64,000 bases of DNA from Eledone cirrhosa (lineage: Eukaryota). Under the pieces are notes generated by a model, which was not told where the DNA came from, searched no databases, and saw only the letters and a program-made list of their open reading frames with translations. The stretch's first letter is position 1, and every line of letters starts with the position of its first letter. The stretch covers positions 212,040,001-212,104,000 of the forward strand of contig OZ024740.1 of assembly GCA_964016885.1 (NCBI GenBank), given 5' to 3'. Position numbers and translations under genes: made by a program. Shown one piece after another: positions 23,597-36,322 of this stretch.

Positions 23597-25509
23597 TTAC
23601 CTTTCTGCTTCCCGGGGTTCGGGTCGCACGACTTCCATGGGGTCGGGGGTGTTGGGTGAAGGGGTGTCTTGTGGTGGTGTGGGGTCGTCAGTGTGTGGTG
23701 GGGTTGGGGTGTTTGGAGTTGTGTTGGGGAGGGGAAGGGGAGGGGGAAAGCTTTTTAGTAGGACGCGGTTTATGGGTTTGACAGAGGGTGGTCCTACGTC
23801 CTCCTTAAAATCCTTTTTTAGTTTTTGGTAGAGGTTCATTGGGATCATTATTAATTTTAAATGTGGGTAGTTTTCTGAAGAAACAAAGTTTACACCTTCG
23901 GTTTGTACCGAAGGATTATTGTTTATGAGTTCATTTAATTTATTATTGTTTCTGTTGATGTAAGTATAGTGTAATGTCTTTTTTTCGGATGGTGTGAGTG
24001 TTTCGAAGAGGGGAGGGGCAGGTTTGGTTTTGTTTGTTGCTGGATGGGTGTTTTGTGTTTTGTTGGATTGTGTTGACATTTGGGTGGGGGTTGTTTGGCC
24101 TTGTGTGTTTTGCACATGTTTTCTTTTTTTCCTTTTAATCTGTCTGAAGGACTCCGTTTCTTCCTCCGAATTCGTTGGGTTATCTTCAGTGTTGGAGGGA
24201 AGAGGTATGTTTGCTGGTAATGTTTCCGTGTTGGTTTTCTTTGTGGGGGAGATGGATGTCACTATGTTAGACTGTGTTGTGTGTTGTGGCTGCGGTGGTT
24301 GTGTTGTTTTATTGAGTGAGGGGTTGGGTGGGCCTGTATTTTGTTTTGGGGTAATGTGTTGTGACTGTTTGTGTTGTGGTGGTGGTGTAGTTTAACTGAG
24401 GGACGGGTTGGGTGGGACTGAGTTTTGTTGTTTGTTTATCTGTTGTGGTGGTGGTGGTGGAGCTGGTGTTGGTAGCAGGGTTTTCTTTTTGTTGAGTTGG
24501 GGACAAGCGGCCTTCAGGTGCCCTCTGCCTGCACAGATATGACAGGACGGCCTTCTCTCCTCCACGCTAATGTTTATATACCCGTGGCCCTCTAATAGGA
24601 TTCTGTCGGGTATTTGGGCGATACGTTCAGGCTTCATTTGCACTACCAGCTCTATACCTGTTCCACTGAACGCATTGCCTGTGGTTTTCCCAATGGAAAT
24701 CACGTTGTCATTCACTGGATCGATGAAGCCAGCTATGAGCCAGCAGTAGTCCACATCTGGCATCATTGCATCCAGCCATATGCGTTGAGTTCTTTTACCC
24801 ATATAAGATGGATAAAAGGTAAAATTTTTCGAACGAATCGGTGACAAAGCACATTTTTTGCCGCCGATTCGTTCTTCATAATAATTGCTAGGCGTCCATA
24901 CAGTCTGTCTTTTCTTATTAAAGTGGTTTCATTAAGTACTTCTGTGAGTACTGTTTTGATATCTGTTTGAGTTGGCTGTTCAGGTTTTTTAGAAGTGTTG
25001 TTGATGGTGCGGAACACGACCGTTCGACTTTCAATGTCTTTGGTGAGTTCTTGAGGCATTTTTACCGATAAAATACCATTATCTCCTTCACTTATGTATT
25101 GTTTGGCGTCTGTGATTCTTTGTGCCACATCTGAAATATTTTCAGGTATATATGTCAAAGATTTCTTTGTTGTTTGTGCAAATGAAATCTTGTTGGTGTT
25201 GACTTTGTCGTCTGCTTTGCTTTCTGTTATGATGTTGTTTTCAAATGTTATTTTTGTGTTTGTTGTGTCTTTGTTTGTGGTATTAATATTGTCATGCAAT
25301 TCTTCAAATTTTTTTTTTCGTTGTTGGAATCCATGTCCAGATTTGTGTTTTCGTCATTTTTCTCCGCAGATTCGTCTGTTTTTATTTTATTTTTTCCTTC
25401 CTTCTCTATGACGTTAGTTGGGAAGGAAGGGGGGGGGGACTAAAGCGTGCGAGCTTACAACTCTTACCGCTGTCCCCCCACCACTATTTTCGTTCGCTTC
25501 GTTTAACAT
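23597..25509 (-). pseudogene. ORF1 of D, frameshifted
   Basis: N-terminus homologous to C ORF1; CHICAGRGHLKAAC; C-terminus PMEVVRPEPREAER*. Confidence 0.8.
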
Positions 25510-26037
25510 TTCTGTCAGACGATTGAAATTTTTTTTGCCACAAAATTTTTAAAAACAGGTTTTTCACCCCTAGGAGGGGTAAAGATGAGCTGACCAACCG
25601 CCTGACAGTTAAGACGGGGGGGGGGGGGTCAAGCTACACATAAGTATCAAAATTAAATTTGAACTTACAAAATTTCCGCAATAAATTTGAACAAAACTTC
25701 TGCGCGAAGTGAATTACTTCTACGCTGTAGAACAGACGACAGCTAGATTATATAGATAGATAGATAGATAGATATGTTTCTTTTATTTGCCACCAGGGCA
25801 TCAAAAGTGGGACAAGTACAATGGGGGGAGTTTATAAAACAAGGCGTCCTCAATAAGGAGGAGGCAATAACAAAATATAAAAATAAAATAAAATATAACA
25901 GAATAAAATTTATAACAAAATCCTCAATAGAGAGGAGGCACCTTGGGGGGTCGCACACACCCCCGAAAAAGAGTGTGCAACCCTTTTCCTCAGGAGCACA
26001 GAGAAGGGGTGCTCCCTTGGTCTTTCATCTTCCTCAC

Positions 26038-29000
26038 CTATAGTCTGATGTAGAGTGAAGGCCCATTCACACGGGCCATTCTCGCCACTTTCACCCATCT
26101 TTCATAAAAACGGCTGGGGTGCAGCACCTCTCTCTCCATCCTGATCCTTCTTCCGAAATGATATCGGAAGAAACGAACCAGTTGTTGGCCAGAGAGAAAG
26201 GTGTCTGACCTCAGTCCTTTCAGACGCGTCCATCATACAACCTCTTTCGCCATGGCTATTACGCACAGAAACACCGCCTCTTCTTCGTTTTTGAAGAGGG
26301 GAGACGGCTTGATCGTTACAATAGACTCGGTGGTCAACCGGATAGGTCCCACCCTTGACAGCAGTTGTTCGACATAGCCCCACAGATCGGCAATGCCCGA
26401 GCAGTGTACCAATGCGTGTGCAACGGTTTCCTCGTCGCACACGCATCTGGGACAGATCTTTTTCGAGGGGTCCCTACCCGGGCGCCCGTGTCTGTAGAGG
26501 CTTTCTCGAATGGGCAGAGCCCTTCTGTAGCATTGCCAGGCCAGGGACCTCTGGAAGTTATCCATGGGTCCCGGACTGAATGTCTTACCGAACAGGTTGG
26601 CCAGTTCGTCTTCCTCCATGCCTAGGGCTTCTCCGAGGGCGTCGTCGCACCTGCTAACCACCAGCCCTCTATAGAATGACGAGGTGGATTCTCCACTGAC
26701 AGCCGGGTCCGCCTGCCAGAGAGCCGTGAGAGCCTGGGCACACTCGGTGTGCCAGGCGCCCAGTTTTCTCGGTCTTTGTTTGACCCAGGATTGCAGCTCG
26801 GTGAGTGAGACGAGTCTGGGAAAGGCTCGCCTCACAAACGGGGCCCACACCGGTTGACCGGAGAGGAATACCTGAAGGTGCTGTGGCCTTAATGCGTGTT
26901 TACGTATCATTAGCCACGGCATCCCCAGCCCTCCTTTCGAAGGGTGTTGACAGCAGATGGATCTCCTCACCATAGGAGCCCGCTTCTTCCAAAGGAATTG
27001 GAAGAGTGCGCGCTCCATTTTGGCTAGCGTTTCCCTTGGGCAAGGCACAACGGTCAGGAAGTAGTAGATGACGGACACTATATAAGTGTTCACCACCTCC
27101 GCCCGACCTTTCAGGGACAGTTTGCACTCGGCCCACTTCTGGGTCAGTGCAAACACCCTGTTCGTTACCTCACCCCAGTTCTTCTCCACCTGGAGGGCTG
27201 GTCCGAACCAGACCCCGAGCAACTTCACCGGGCCCTCCGTCCAGCGCCCGACGACACCATCGGAGGGCATCGATCTGCCCCTCCACGTGCCGAGTTGCAG
27301 ACCGATCGACTTGTCCCGGTTCAGCTTAGCCCCTGTAAACCTTTCGTACTCCTCCAGTAAGGTGCCGATCGCCCCGATTTCCGAGGCCGTCGACACCATT
27401 ACTGTTACGTCATCGGCGTAGGCTGACACCGCTTTCCGCAATCCCGATTCCAACGGGATGCCCTGCAACAACTCCAACTTCTGCAGCAGTGGCTCTAGAG
27501 TCATTACATACAGAAGGGAGGAGAGAGGGCACCCCTGTCGGATGGACCGCGCGATTTCGAACGGCTCCGAGAGGTAGCCGTTCACCTTGACCCTAGAGCA
27601 GATGCGGCTGCTGTGCATGGCAGGGATCCAGCCCCTGAAAACGGGTCCGAAGCCTGCCGCCGCTAGCACCGCATCCAGGTAACCATGGTCGACCCTATCG
27701 AATGCCTTAGATTGATCCAAGTTGATCAGGGCCCCACCAAAGCCGGGTTCGTTCCCAACCCTCTCTATGATGTATCGCATGAGGTGGAGGTTGTCGTGGA
27801 TGGACCTGGACGGGATAGCACATGTATGTCTGCGTATCTCTCACCAGGTTACCCACGACAAGCGCCAACCTCTTTGCTAGCACCTTGGCCAAAATCTGTA
27901 ACTCTGTATTTAGGCAGAGTTATGGGCCTGAAATTATTTATATCGTCCCCCTTGTTCTCATCCTTCCTCACTAGCGTGACTACGCCCTTGGTCACAGCAC
28001 AGGGAATTCTCCCGTTCTGTTGCCAGTTGCAGTAGACCGCCTCGAGGAGATCGGGGAACAAGTCCGGCATAGCTAGATATAGTTCGTATGGAAGACCATC
28101 GAGAACCGGGGATTTGCGTTTGCCGCATTGGCTCAGCACGTCATCTATCTCAGCGGCTGAAATCGGCTCCTCGCAGGACTTCGCCTCCCTGTCCGAGAGA
28201 CGCGGCAGCCCGTCGAGGTATGGACCGAAGTCCACATCCCCAACCGGCTTCCCGCCCCTTCCGAACAATCCGGCAAAGTGCTTTTGAAAAGCCTCGCACA
28301 TCTGCTTAGGTTCAAGGATCACCCGTCCTTCCTGGTCTCGCAAAGACCGGATAGTGGATCTGCTCCCTCTTTTTGGCTTCTGTCACGCGGGCCCAGCTAA
28401 CAACTTTGGTCCCCTCGTTTCCCAGAGCACGTATTTTGCTTCGGACGATGCAGCCTTCGTGTTTCGCGTCGAAGAACTGGCCCAGGGCCGTTCTCGAGGC
28501 TAGCACTCTGGCCACGTCGCCGCTTCTAATTGCCTCTTCTACACTATCTACCAACTCCCTTTCCTTCCTATTTCTATTTGAGGCTAACTCCTTACTAAAT
28601 TCTATAGAGACTACTCTAATCTCTCTTTTGAGAGATCCCCACCACCTGCTGTTGACGATGGCGCCCGTCAACCGCTCCTTAACTAAAGTGCTAATCCGGT
28701 CCCTGTAAGCCTTACTTGCCGGTAAGGACAAGTTGAGCTTCCCGTAACCGGGTCCTTGTCTATGAGTTCTGTCAAGGTTGACCATGCAGGTCACTAACTT
28801 GTGGTCTGAATAGCCAACCATGCGCATTTTTGGACAACTTAAAAAGTCATTATCCTTAATTCTAAATAAGAACCTATCTAGGTACGACCTAGATGATCCG
28901 CTACGATTTGCCCAAGTCCAGGTTGACGCAGTCGGAAAATCTAGTCGATATCTATCGGCCAGGTCAAATCGACCGATTAACCCTTTGAGGCTATTACACC

Positions 29001-29481
29001 CCTCTCTATCGGGACAGGCCCCTACGTAGTCCCAGCGTGCATCTAGGATACCATTCCAGTCCCCCACTAATAGCAAGGAGCGGGACGTCCCTAGAAAAGT
29101 CTCCAGACGATGGAAGAAGTCCGGCCGCATTGACCCGAAAGGGCCGTAGGCGGCTACCAACCTAAACGCTCCGCCTTTACCACTGCCAAGGTCCAGAACC
29201 ACTAGTCGACCCTCCGGGTCCAAATGTACCATCTGTGTTGCGAGACCCAGATGTTTTTGCAGCAGAACGACAACCCCACCCCCACCTCCGGGCTGACAGA
29301 GAGATGCGTGCATCTCAAAGTCATCAAAGGTGGGGGCCAGCTGTCGCACGTTGCTGATCCGGGCCTCGCAAATAACCATCACATCTATACGTTGTGACCT
29401 GAGGTCATTTAGAAGCATTGCTTGCTTCCAAGTTGAGCCCAGGCCACGCGCATTTAAACAGCCTACTCTTAGCATGGCCAT
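26038..29481 (-). pseudogene. ORF2 of E (APE + RT), frameshifted with an internal stop
   Basis: ORF pieces 28312..29505, 27849..28343, 26233..27780; ends GPSLYIRL*. Confidence 0.85.
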
Positions 29482-29505
29482 GTTGGTGGTGAAGAGAAAA
29501 GGCAC

Positions 29506-31101
29506 TTACCCCTCTGCGTCCCGGGTATCGGGCTGCACAATTTCCATTAGGGTGGGGTATGGGTTGTTGGGTGGGGTGGTGATTTGTGGAGGTGTAGGGG
29601 CATCAGTGTGTTGTGTGGTTGGGGAGTTTGGAGTTGTGAGGGTGTTTGGGGAGGGGTGGGGTAGTTTTCTAGGAGGACGCGGTTAATGGGCCCGACGCAG
29701 GGGGGGACCCACGTCCTCTTTAAAGTTGTTTTTTAAAGTTTTATAGTTGTCCTGTGGGGCCTTAATCATTTTGAGGTGGGGGAAATCCCCTGCCTGGGTG
29801 AAGTTAGGCCCTTGGGTTTTTATTAGATTGTTGTTGTACACAATGTTTAACAGTTTTTTGTTTCTTGTGTTTATGTATGTGTATGCATGTTTTTGTTTTT
29901 GTGTGGTGTTTTTTGTTTGCTGTTGTTGTGAGCTCTTTTGTGTTGGTGTCAGTGTTATGTTTTGGGGAGGGGTTGTTTTCATTTGTGTGTCTGAGGTGTG
30001 TTTTCTTTTTTTTTCTTTTGATTGTGTGGAAGTGCTCCTCTCGTCTGACGAAGAAACTAGGGTCATCTTCCGCGTTGGAAGGGAGGGGTATATTTTCGGG
30101 TTGTGTTTGCGGTGCGGGTGTTTTGGAAATTATTATTTTTTTTTTAGTGGGGGGGGATGGGTTGGACATTGTTTTGTTTTGGTTTGAGCTGTGGTGGTTG
30201 TTTTTGTAGTGGTAGTTGTGGTGATTGTGTTGGTTTTGCAGTTGTTGGTGGTGTAGGCAGGATTGGGGTTTTCTTATTAAGTTGGGGACAGACAGCCCTC
30301 AGGTGACCTCTGGTTCCGCAGAGGTAACACGAGGGCCGCCTACCCTCAACGGTAATGTTGATGAAAGTTTGATCATCCAGTATGACGCGTTCAGGGATCT
30401 GGGCGATCCTTTCGGGCCTCATTTGAACTACAAGTTCGAGGGTCGTTCCACTGAACGCGTCACCCGATGCCTTTCCCATGGACACCAGCGTGTCATCATC
30501 CAGGTCCAGGAAACCTGTCAAAACCCACCATATGTCCATAATCGGCAGGATGGTGTGGATTTTTATTTTTTGTCTTCTTCTACCCATGTACGTAGGGTAG
30601 AAGGTGTATGCGGTGGATGCGATTGGTTTGATGGACAGTTTCACTGCTGTGTCCCTGTCCTTCATGAGAATGGATAGACTCCCGTAGAGTCTATCCTTCT
30701 GAATGAAGGTGATGTCCTTCATGACGTCTTTTAAAACCAGCTCTATCTCACTCTGTGATGGTTGAGCTGGATTTTTGCTTTTATTCGAGATTGTCCTAAA
30801 CATGACAGTGTTTAGGAGTCTCTGGCTTTTTAGTTCGGGGGGGGGGGGGATGGACCGTGAATGAACCATTTTCCCCGTACACTATATATTTTTTGGCATC
30901 TGCCAGTAGCTCCTTCGCTTTGGTTATATCTACTGGCAGATAGTCGAGGGTTTTCCTTGCCGTCTCGGCGATGGAGAAATTTTTGTTTGTTTGTGTTGCT
31001 GTTGTAGTTGGTGTTGCTGTTGTAGTGACAGTGGCAGGGGGAAGCTGTAAGCTTATCTTCCCCTTTCCTCCTTCGAATTTTGGTGAAGATGCTTCAGCCA
31101 T
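29506..31101 (-). pseudogene. ORF1 of E, frameshifted (one shift in a G-run at ~30840)
   Basis: CYLCGTRGHLRAVC knuckle; C-terminus LMEIVQPDTRDAEG*. Confidence 0.8.
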
Positions 31102-31903
31102 TTTTATCAAAATAGGATTTTTCGAAATTTTTCGAAAGATTAAATTTTTACAACACTATTTCGCCTAAAGGCGTAGAATATTTTGAGAGACTGACCAGAT
31201 CAAAGTTTGACCTGGCAGTCTCTCTACAAAATGGTACAAAAATGAAAGTTTACAGTTCACAATTTAAAGATAAATTTAAACGAAACTTACCGAGCGAGCT
31301 CAGCACATGTGTCTATCCCAGAGAAAGAAGATAGATAGATAGATAGATAAAAGAAAAACAGAGATGATGCGTGTGTTTGTAGCTGTCGGTCGAATATATA
31401 TTACATGTAAACCAATAAGGCTTTTAAAAAAATATTACTCAATTGAGTAATATTTTTTTAAAAGCCTTTTGATGTTCTATTGAGAGAATCGATTTTACTC
31501 AATATATCGAATAATGTACACCATTTTACCAGGGGGAAAAATACTGGTCCCCCCACACACACATTCTCTCACACACACACACACATATATACACACACAC
31601 ACATACACACGCGTACATTAACATACAAAGAGACTTATACACACACACACACACACACACACACTTCTCCGTATAAGACAAAAGCTGAAAAATATCTTTT
31701 GACATGCTAAAATACCCCCCCACTCCTTACAGACACATTCCTACTGACCATCCCGCTACCACGAATTACTCTGCTACACACACACACACACACACACACA
31801 CACTTATCTTAATAGCCATTTGAACTGTCAACAGGTTGCTGTCCGCACACACATCCCTGCTAACCATTATCACAACATCGAACACTACTACTACACACAC
31901 ACA

Positions 31904-31944
<41 letters not shown>

Positions 31945-32269
31945 TTGTTGTGAAAGAGTCATTTCTCAGTCTTGGCGCAAAATCAATTTTTTACATTCAC
32001 ATGACCTCTACCGACCAATCAAAATTGTTTTGACCACAAGAATTTTTGCAACACCAAGTAGCGCTGGAGCCACTTTTTTAACATAAAAACAGGTAGAATT
32101 CCCAAAACTAATCAGATCAGAGCTAACAACACGGACGCTCTATCTCAAAATTATTTTTGAAAAGCATTTAGAAATGCGTAACCGGTAAAAACTTAAAACC
32201 ACAACTGAATACTCACCAATATAATTACTAATACTCTTTTATTCCTAATTAAACTATTTTTCAACTGTG

Positions 32270-32512
32270 AACAGTCTGTCGGGCGCCAATCGGCGCCGCT
32301 GGTCACAGCACGTCGTGCTGTTTTATCCATAAGATAACGCAATCCCACTGGCTGGGCGGGCTGGCTGGTACTCATTTCTACAGCTGAGTAAACTGGAGCA
32401 ACCTGAAATAAAGTGTCTTTCTCAATGAAACAACACATCACCCGGTCCGAGAATTGAACTCACAACCTTTCGATTGCAAGCCCAATGCTCTAACCACTAC
32501 GCCATGCGCCTT
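32270..32512 (-). mobile_element. tRNA-derived SINE, second family, CORE-like centre; tail also at ~8955-9065
   Basis: TGGCGTAGTGG A-box, GAGTTCAATTC B-box, ttgagaaagacacttt CORE-like segment. Confidence 0.7.
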
Positions 32513-32522
32513 CACACACACG

Positions 32523-32643
<121 letters not shown>

Positions 32644-32741
32644 ACACATATATATATATATATATAAAGTATTGAAGTTTCCGTTGAAAATTGAAAAAGT
32701 CATAGGAGTGAAGAGTGCTCTATAATAAACAATACAATATA

Positions 32742-32817
32742 ATTACCTCGCTACCAGAGGTTTCCCAAATAAGACGAATACAAGAAATGTCCTCATTCGT
32801 TCGTCAGACAAGGCAAT
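32742..32817 (-). ncRNA. Hammerhead ribozyme, same family as 53968-54043
   Basis: Minus strand: ttgccttgt-CTGACGA-acgaatgag...GAAA-CCTCTGG-TA-gcgaggtaa. Confidence 0.65.
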
Positions 32818-33399
32818 TTAAAACATAATGAAATATTTGAAAAATCTCCTCAAGAAAGGCAAAAGTTTAACGGGCAAAAAAATATATGAATAAAAGTAAT
32901 GCAAGAGATATAAAAAAATTAAATAAGGAAATATAGTAAGGGTATGTGTATAAATGTGTGTATATACACCTACAAATGTACGTATGTGTGTATGTACAAA
33001 TGCATGTGTATAGTGAAAAAATGTGTGCGTAAGTACATACATAGGAGCAAGCATATCAGTGTATGTGTGACCACAAATACGTATATAATATATGTTGAAA
33101 AAAGAAATTGTAAGATAATAGAGTTAGCGTACATACAGACTCAGGGACTAAGGATTGAAATATATACACATACAAGTATGAAAACACGCGTATAAACACA
33201 CACACACGCACAACCACATACATGCATGTGATATATACAGGGAAGGGAGTTTATCAGACAAAGCAGCGTCAGTCTGAAGGTCGATACATATATAAAAAAA
33301 TATAAAATATGAAAATGAAAAAATGAAAAAATATATGAGAATAAAAAAATTTTAATCAAAGAGAAAGTAAGTGGGAGGTGTTATTTATATATATAAAAC

Positions 33400-34430
33400 T
33401 GTGGTTGTCTGTCAAGCATGAAGGTATTAACATCTATAATTCGAGAGTTTTTGTATGCAGATGACTGCGATCTTTTTGCACATTCACATTATGAACTCTT
33501 TTTCTGAAGCTTGCAGCGCTTTTGGCCTTACAATAAGCTTGGAAAAGACTGCACCTGGGTAAGATTACACTACACCAAGTGTGTACAGAAAGAGGTTAAA
33601 AGTTGCTGGCAAGTTTGTTTACCTTGGTAGTACGTTGAACAATTCATGCATACTTGACAATGAGATATCCTTAAGAATCAAGAAAGTCAGTCATGCTTTT
33701 GGATGGCTGAATGAATGTTTATAGTCCAGACGAGGTATCACCATTGAAACCAAGGTAAAAGTGTATCTGACTTGTGTCGTCTCCTCTTTGTTTTATGCTT
33801 GTGAAACATGGGTCACATACAGAAAGCGCCACAAGGAACTAGAGAGGTTTCACCAACAATCTCTTTGTAAGATACTTGGGGTGCAGTCGAAAATGCTTGT
33901 CAGGAGCAGGTGCATGAGTATATAAAGCATGATCTTCCAGCATCGGTTGAGGTGGTGCGGTCATGTGGCCCGGATATCTGATGATTGTATTCCAAAGCGA
34001 CTTCCCTACGGCGAACTGTGCGAAGGAAGGCAACCACCACACAAACCAAAAATGTGGTACCGGGACTGAGTCAGGAGCACCTTGGCTTGCGTCGGAATTT
34101 CATCTGATGAATGGGAGAAAATGTCTGAGGAGCATGTGAAGTAGAGACGTTTGATCACGCCAGGAAGTGAATACTTTGAAACTCGTTGAAGAGAACACCT
34201 AACACTGAAAAGGAAGGTGAGGAAACAGGGACTGTTCTGAACTCCCTGATGTTGAGCAGCATCTGGTTTGCCAGCACTGTGGTTGAGTCTGCCTGAGCAA
34301 AACTGGTTTGATTAACATGAACAAAGTCATATCAGTAGACCTCATGTTGATTATGATCTGAAAAGGTGTAAGGAGTGTGGTAAGGAATGTGCAAGCATGG
34401 GAGGTCTTAAAAGACATATGAGAACATACA
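33400..34430 (+). mobile_element. RTE/BovB-like LINE relic
   Basis: IREFLYADDCDL, KFVYLGS, LFYACETW, C-terminal C2H2-like fingers; many lesions. Confidence 0.75.
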
Positions 34431-34679
34431 GTCAGAAGCAAGCAGTGGAGTCTACAGTTCAAATCTTGTTGAGGATAGCTTTGTCCTTCATCCTTACGGG
34501 GTTGATAAAATAAAGTGCTGGGATCCTCTCCCACAAAATTGTTGACCTTGTGTCTAAACCAGAAACTATTATTCACAATTGAATAAATAACATTACAAAT
34601 AGTTTATAATTCTTACAGAATGAAAATATAAACACAGATAATAAATACAATTAATTATTTCTAGGAACTGCACACATTT

Positions 34680-34850
34680 AATTGTTTCTACTTTTGGCAC
34701 AAGACCAGCAATTACAGTGCATTACTGGTGCTTTATTTTATCGACACCGTAAGGATGAAAGGCAAAGTTAATCTCGGCGGGATCTGAAATCAGAACGCAA
34801 AGGGCCATAACTCTATGCTGAAAAGCATGGTTTATGAGGTTCATCCGATA
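34680..34850 (-). mobile_element. tRNA-derived SINE relic
   Basis: Reverse complement of the 1012-1210 family. Confidence 0.65.
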
Positions 34851-35659
34851 CTGCTAGGAACCTTACAAATAGAACGCTTAAAATATATGGTCAAAGCGAG
34901 AGAAAAGGAAGAAACAATCAAATTAAAAACAACCATCAATACAAAACGGAAATTTTATGTGACCACCATGTCTAGTCACGTGACTGACACCAACCAATAA
35001 AATTGCATTTTAAACAAATAACAATATGAGTCACTTTGTATAAAACAGAAAGTTTCGAACTCTGCAATAGAAACACAAACCCTCCATCTCAATTTTACTT
35101 TTGATAATCATAAGAACTGTGAAACTGGTAAAGTAAATAAATATTCATAAAAGACCCCAGTTGCATTTTCAAATTCTATTCCAAAGAATTTGAAAATACA
35201 GAGAGTCACTCCAGGTAGAGCCGCTACTTCTCTGAATTGAGAGATCACAGCTACGATACTATCAGCATATGGTTAGAATGCCTCAGGAAGGAGAGAATTG
35301 CTGGACAAATTTTACAGGCAAAACCAGCCAGCAGAAGACTCAGAGGTAGACCCCGAGCAAGAAGAAGAAGATATAATGATATACACATAATGAAAAAGAA
35401 AATAGTCCAATGTTGATAAGTGTATATAATAAAAAACAAAACAAAACAAGAAGAGAGGATAAGAAAAGAAAGGACAAGGATTATCAAGTAATGAAAGAAA
35501 GGAGGAAAGGAAAATGGTGATAGCAGGGTTTTACACGGTATAATTCTAACATATAAAGTATGTCCCGTTAGGGCATTCATTATCCCGGTAAGTGGCGACT
35601 GAGATTACAAGACACAACCCAGACCAGGAATCGAATCCGCAACATTATTTTCGTAAGTT

Positions 35660-35855
35660 TTAGGGCGGTGAATTGGCAGTATTGGTAGAGGGTCGGACGC
35701 CATGCTTTGACGCATAGAGTTACGGCCCTTGCCATTATGAGTTCAAATCCCGCCGAGGTTAACTTTGCCTTTCATCCTTACGGGGTTGATAAAATAAAGT
35801 ACCAGTAATCTACTGGGTATGTGCTGGCCTTGTGCCAATAATAGAAACAATTATT
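35660..35855 (+). mobile_element. tRNA-derived SINE
   Basis: Same family as 1012-1210. Confidence 0.8.
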
Positions 35856-36322
35856 TTCGTAAGTCCAACACCCTTACCACTAGGCCACATGCCTGGGTAG
35901 TAACGTTATCCATCACACACACACACACACATACACACACACACACATACACACTCACACACACATACACACACACACTGACACACACAAGTAATCGATA
36001 TTAAAAGATTAGGTCTCTTATTAAAAACATTTAGCTGAACAATGAAAGTTTGTTGTTTTTTTTTATCAATCTTTTATTTAACCAAGTTTTTTTTATGTAT
36101 ATTCCGATAAAAACGAAATACTCTCGAGTCCCCCAAAATAGGGAGTGGAATGAGAATGAAATGAGAGGATGGAATATGCGGAGGGAAGGGGGGAATAAGC
36201 GGGTTTGGAAAATCGGTAATTTTTTTAGGTTGTCTCCCTTGATGTAAATATAACAACAAAAACAGTTAGTCGTTTAGTTTACACGTTGAGACCCCAACTC
36301 ATCCTATTTATTTTATAACATA

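Larger units (their letters stand above)
19912..25740 (-). mobile_element. Full-length Tx1-like LINE D (~5.8 kb), (GATA)n on both sides
   Basis: ORF1 ~25509-23597, ORF2 23562-20127 with APE, RT and CCHC; a few frameshifts; GATA runs at ~19886-19911 and ~25751-25774. Confidence 0.92.
25777..31313 (-). mobile_element. Full-length Tx1-like LINE E (~5.5 kb), GATA repeats near both ends
   Basis: ORF1 31101-29506, ORF2 29481-26038 with APE and RT; GATA at ~25751-25774 and ~31330-31349. Confidence 0.92.

Noticed and set aside
12308-30677. Numerous antisense and alternate-frame ORFs over the Tx1 elements
   Set aside because: Shadow ORFs of GC-rich or low-complexity coding sequence; similarity between them just mirrors ORF2 conservation.
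32440-32512. tRNA gene
   Set aside because: A/B boxes are present but the acceptor stem is not convincing and it continues into a SINE body.
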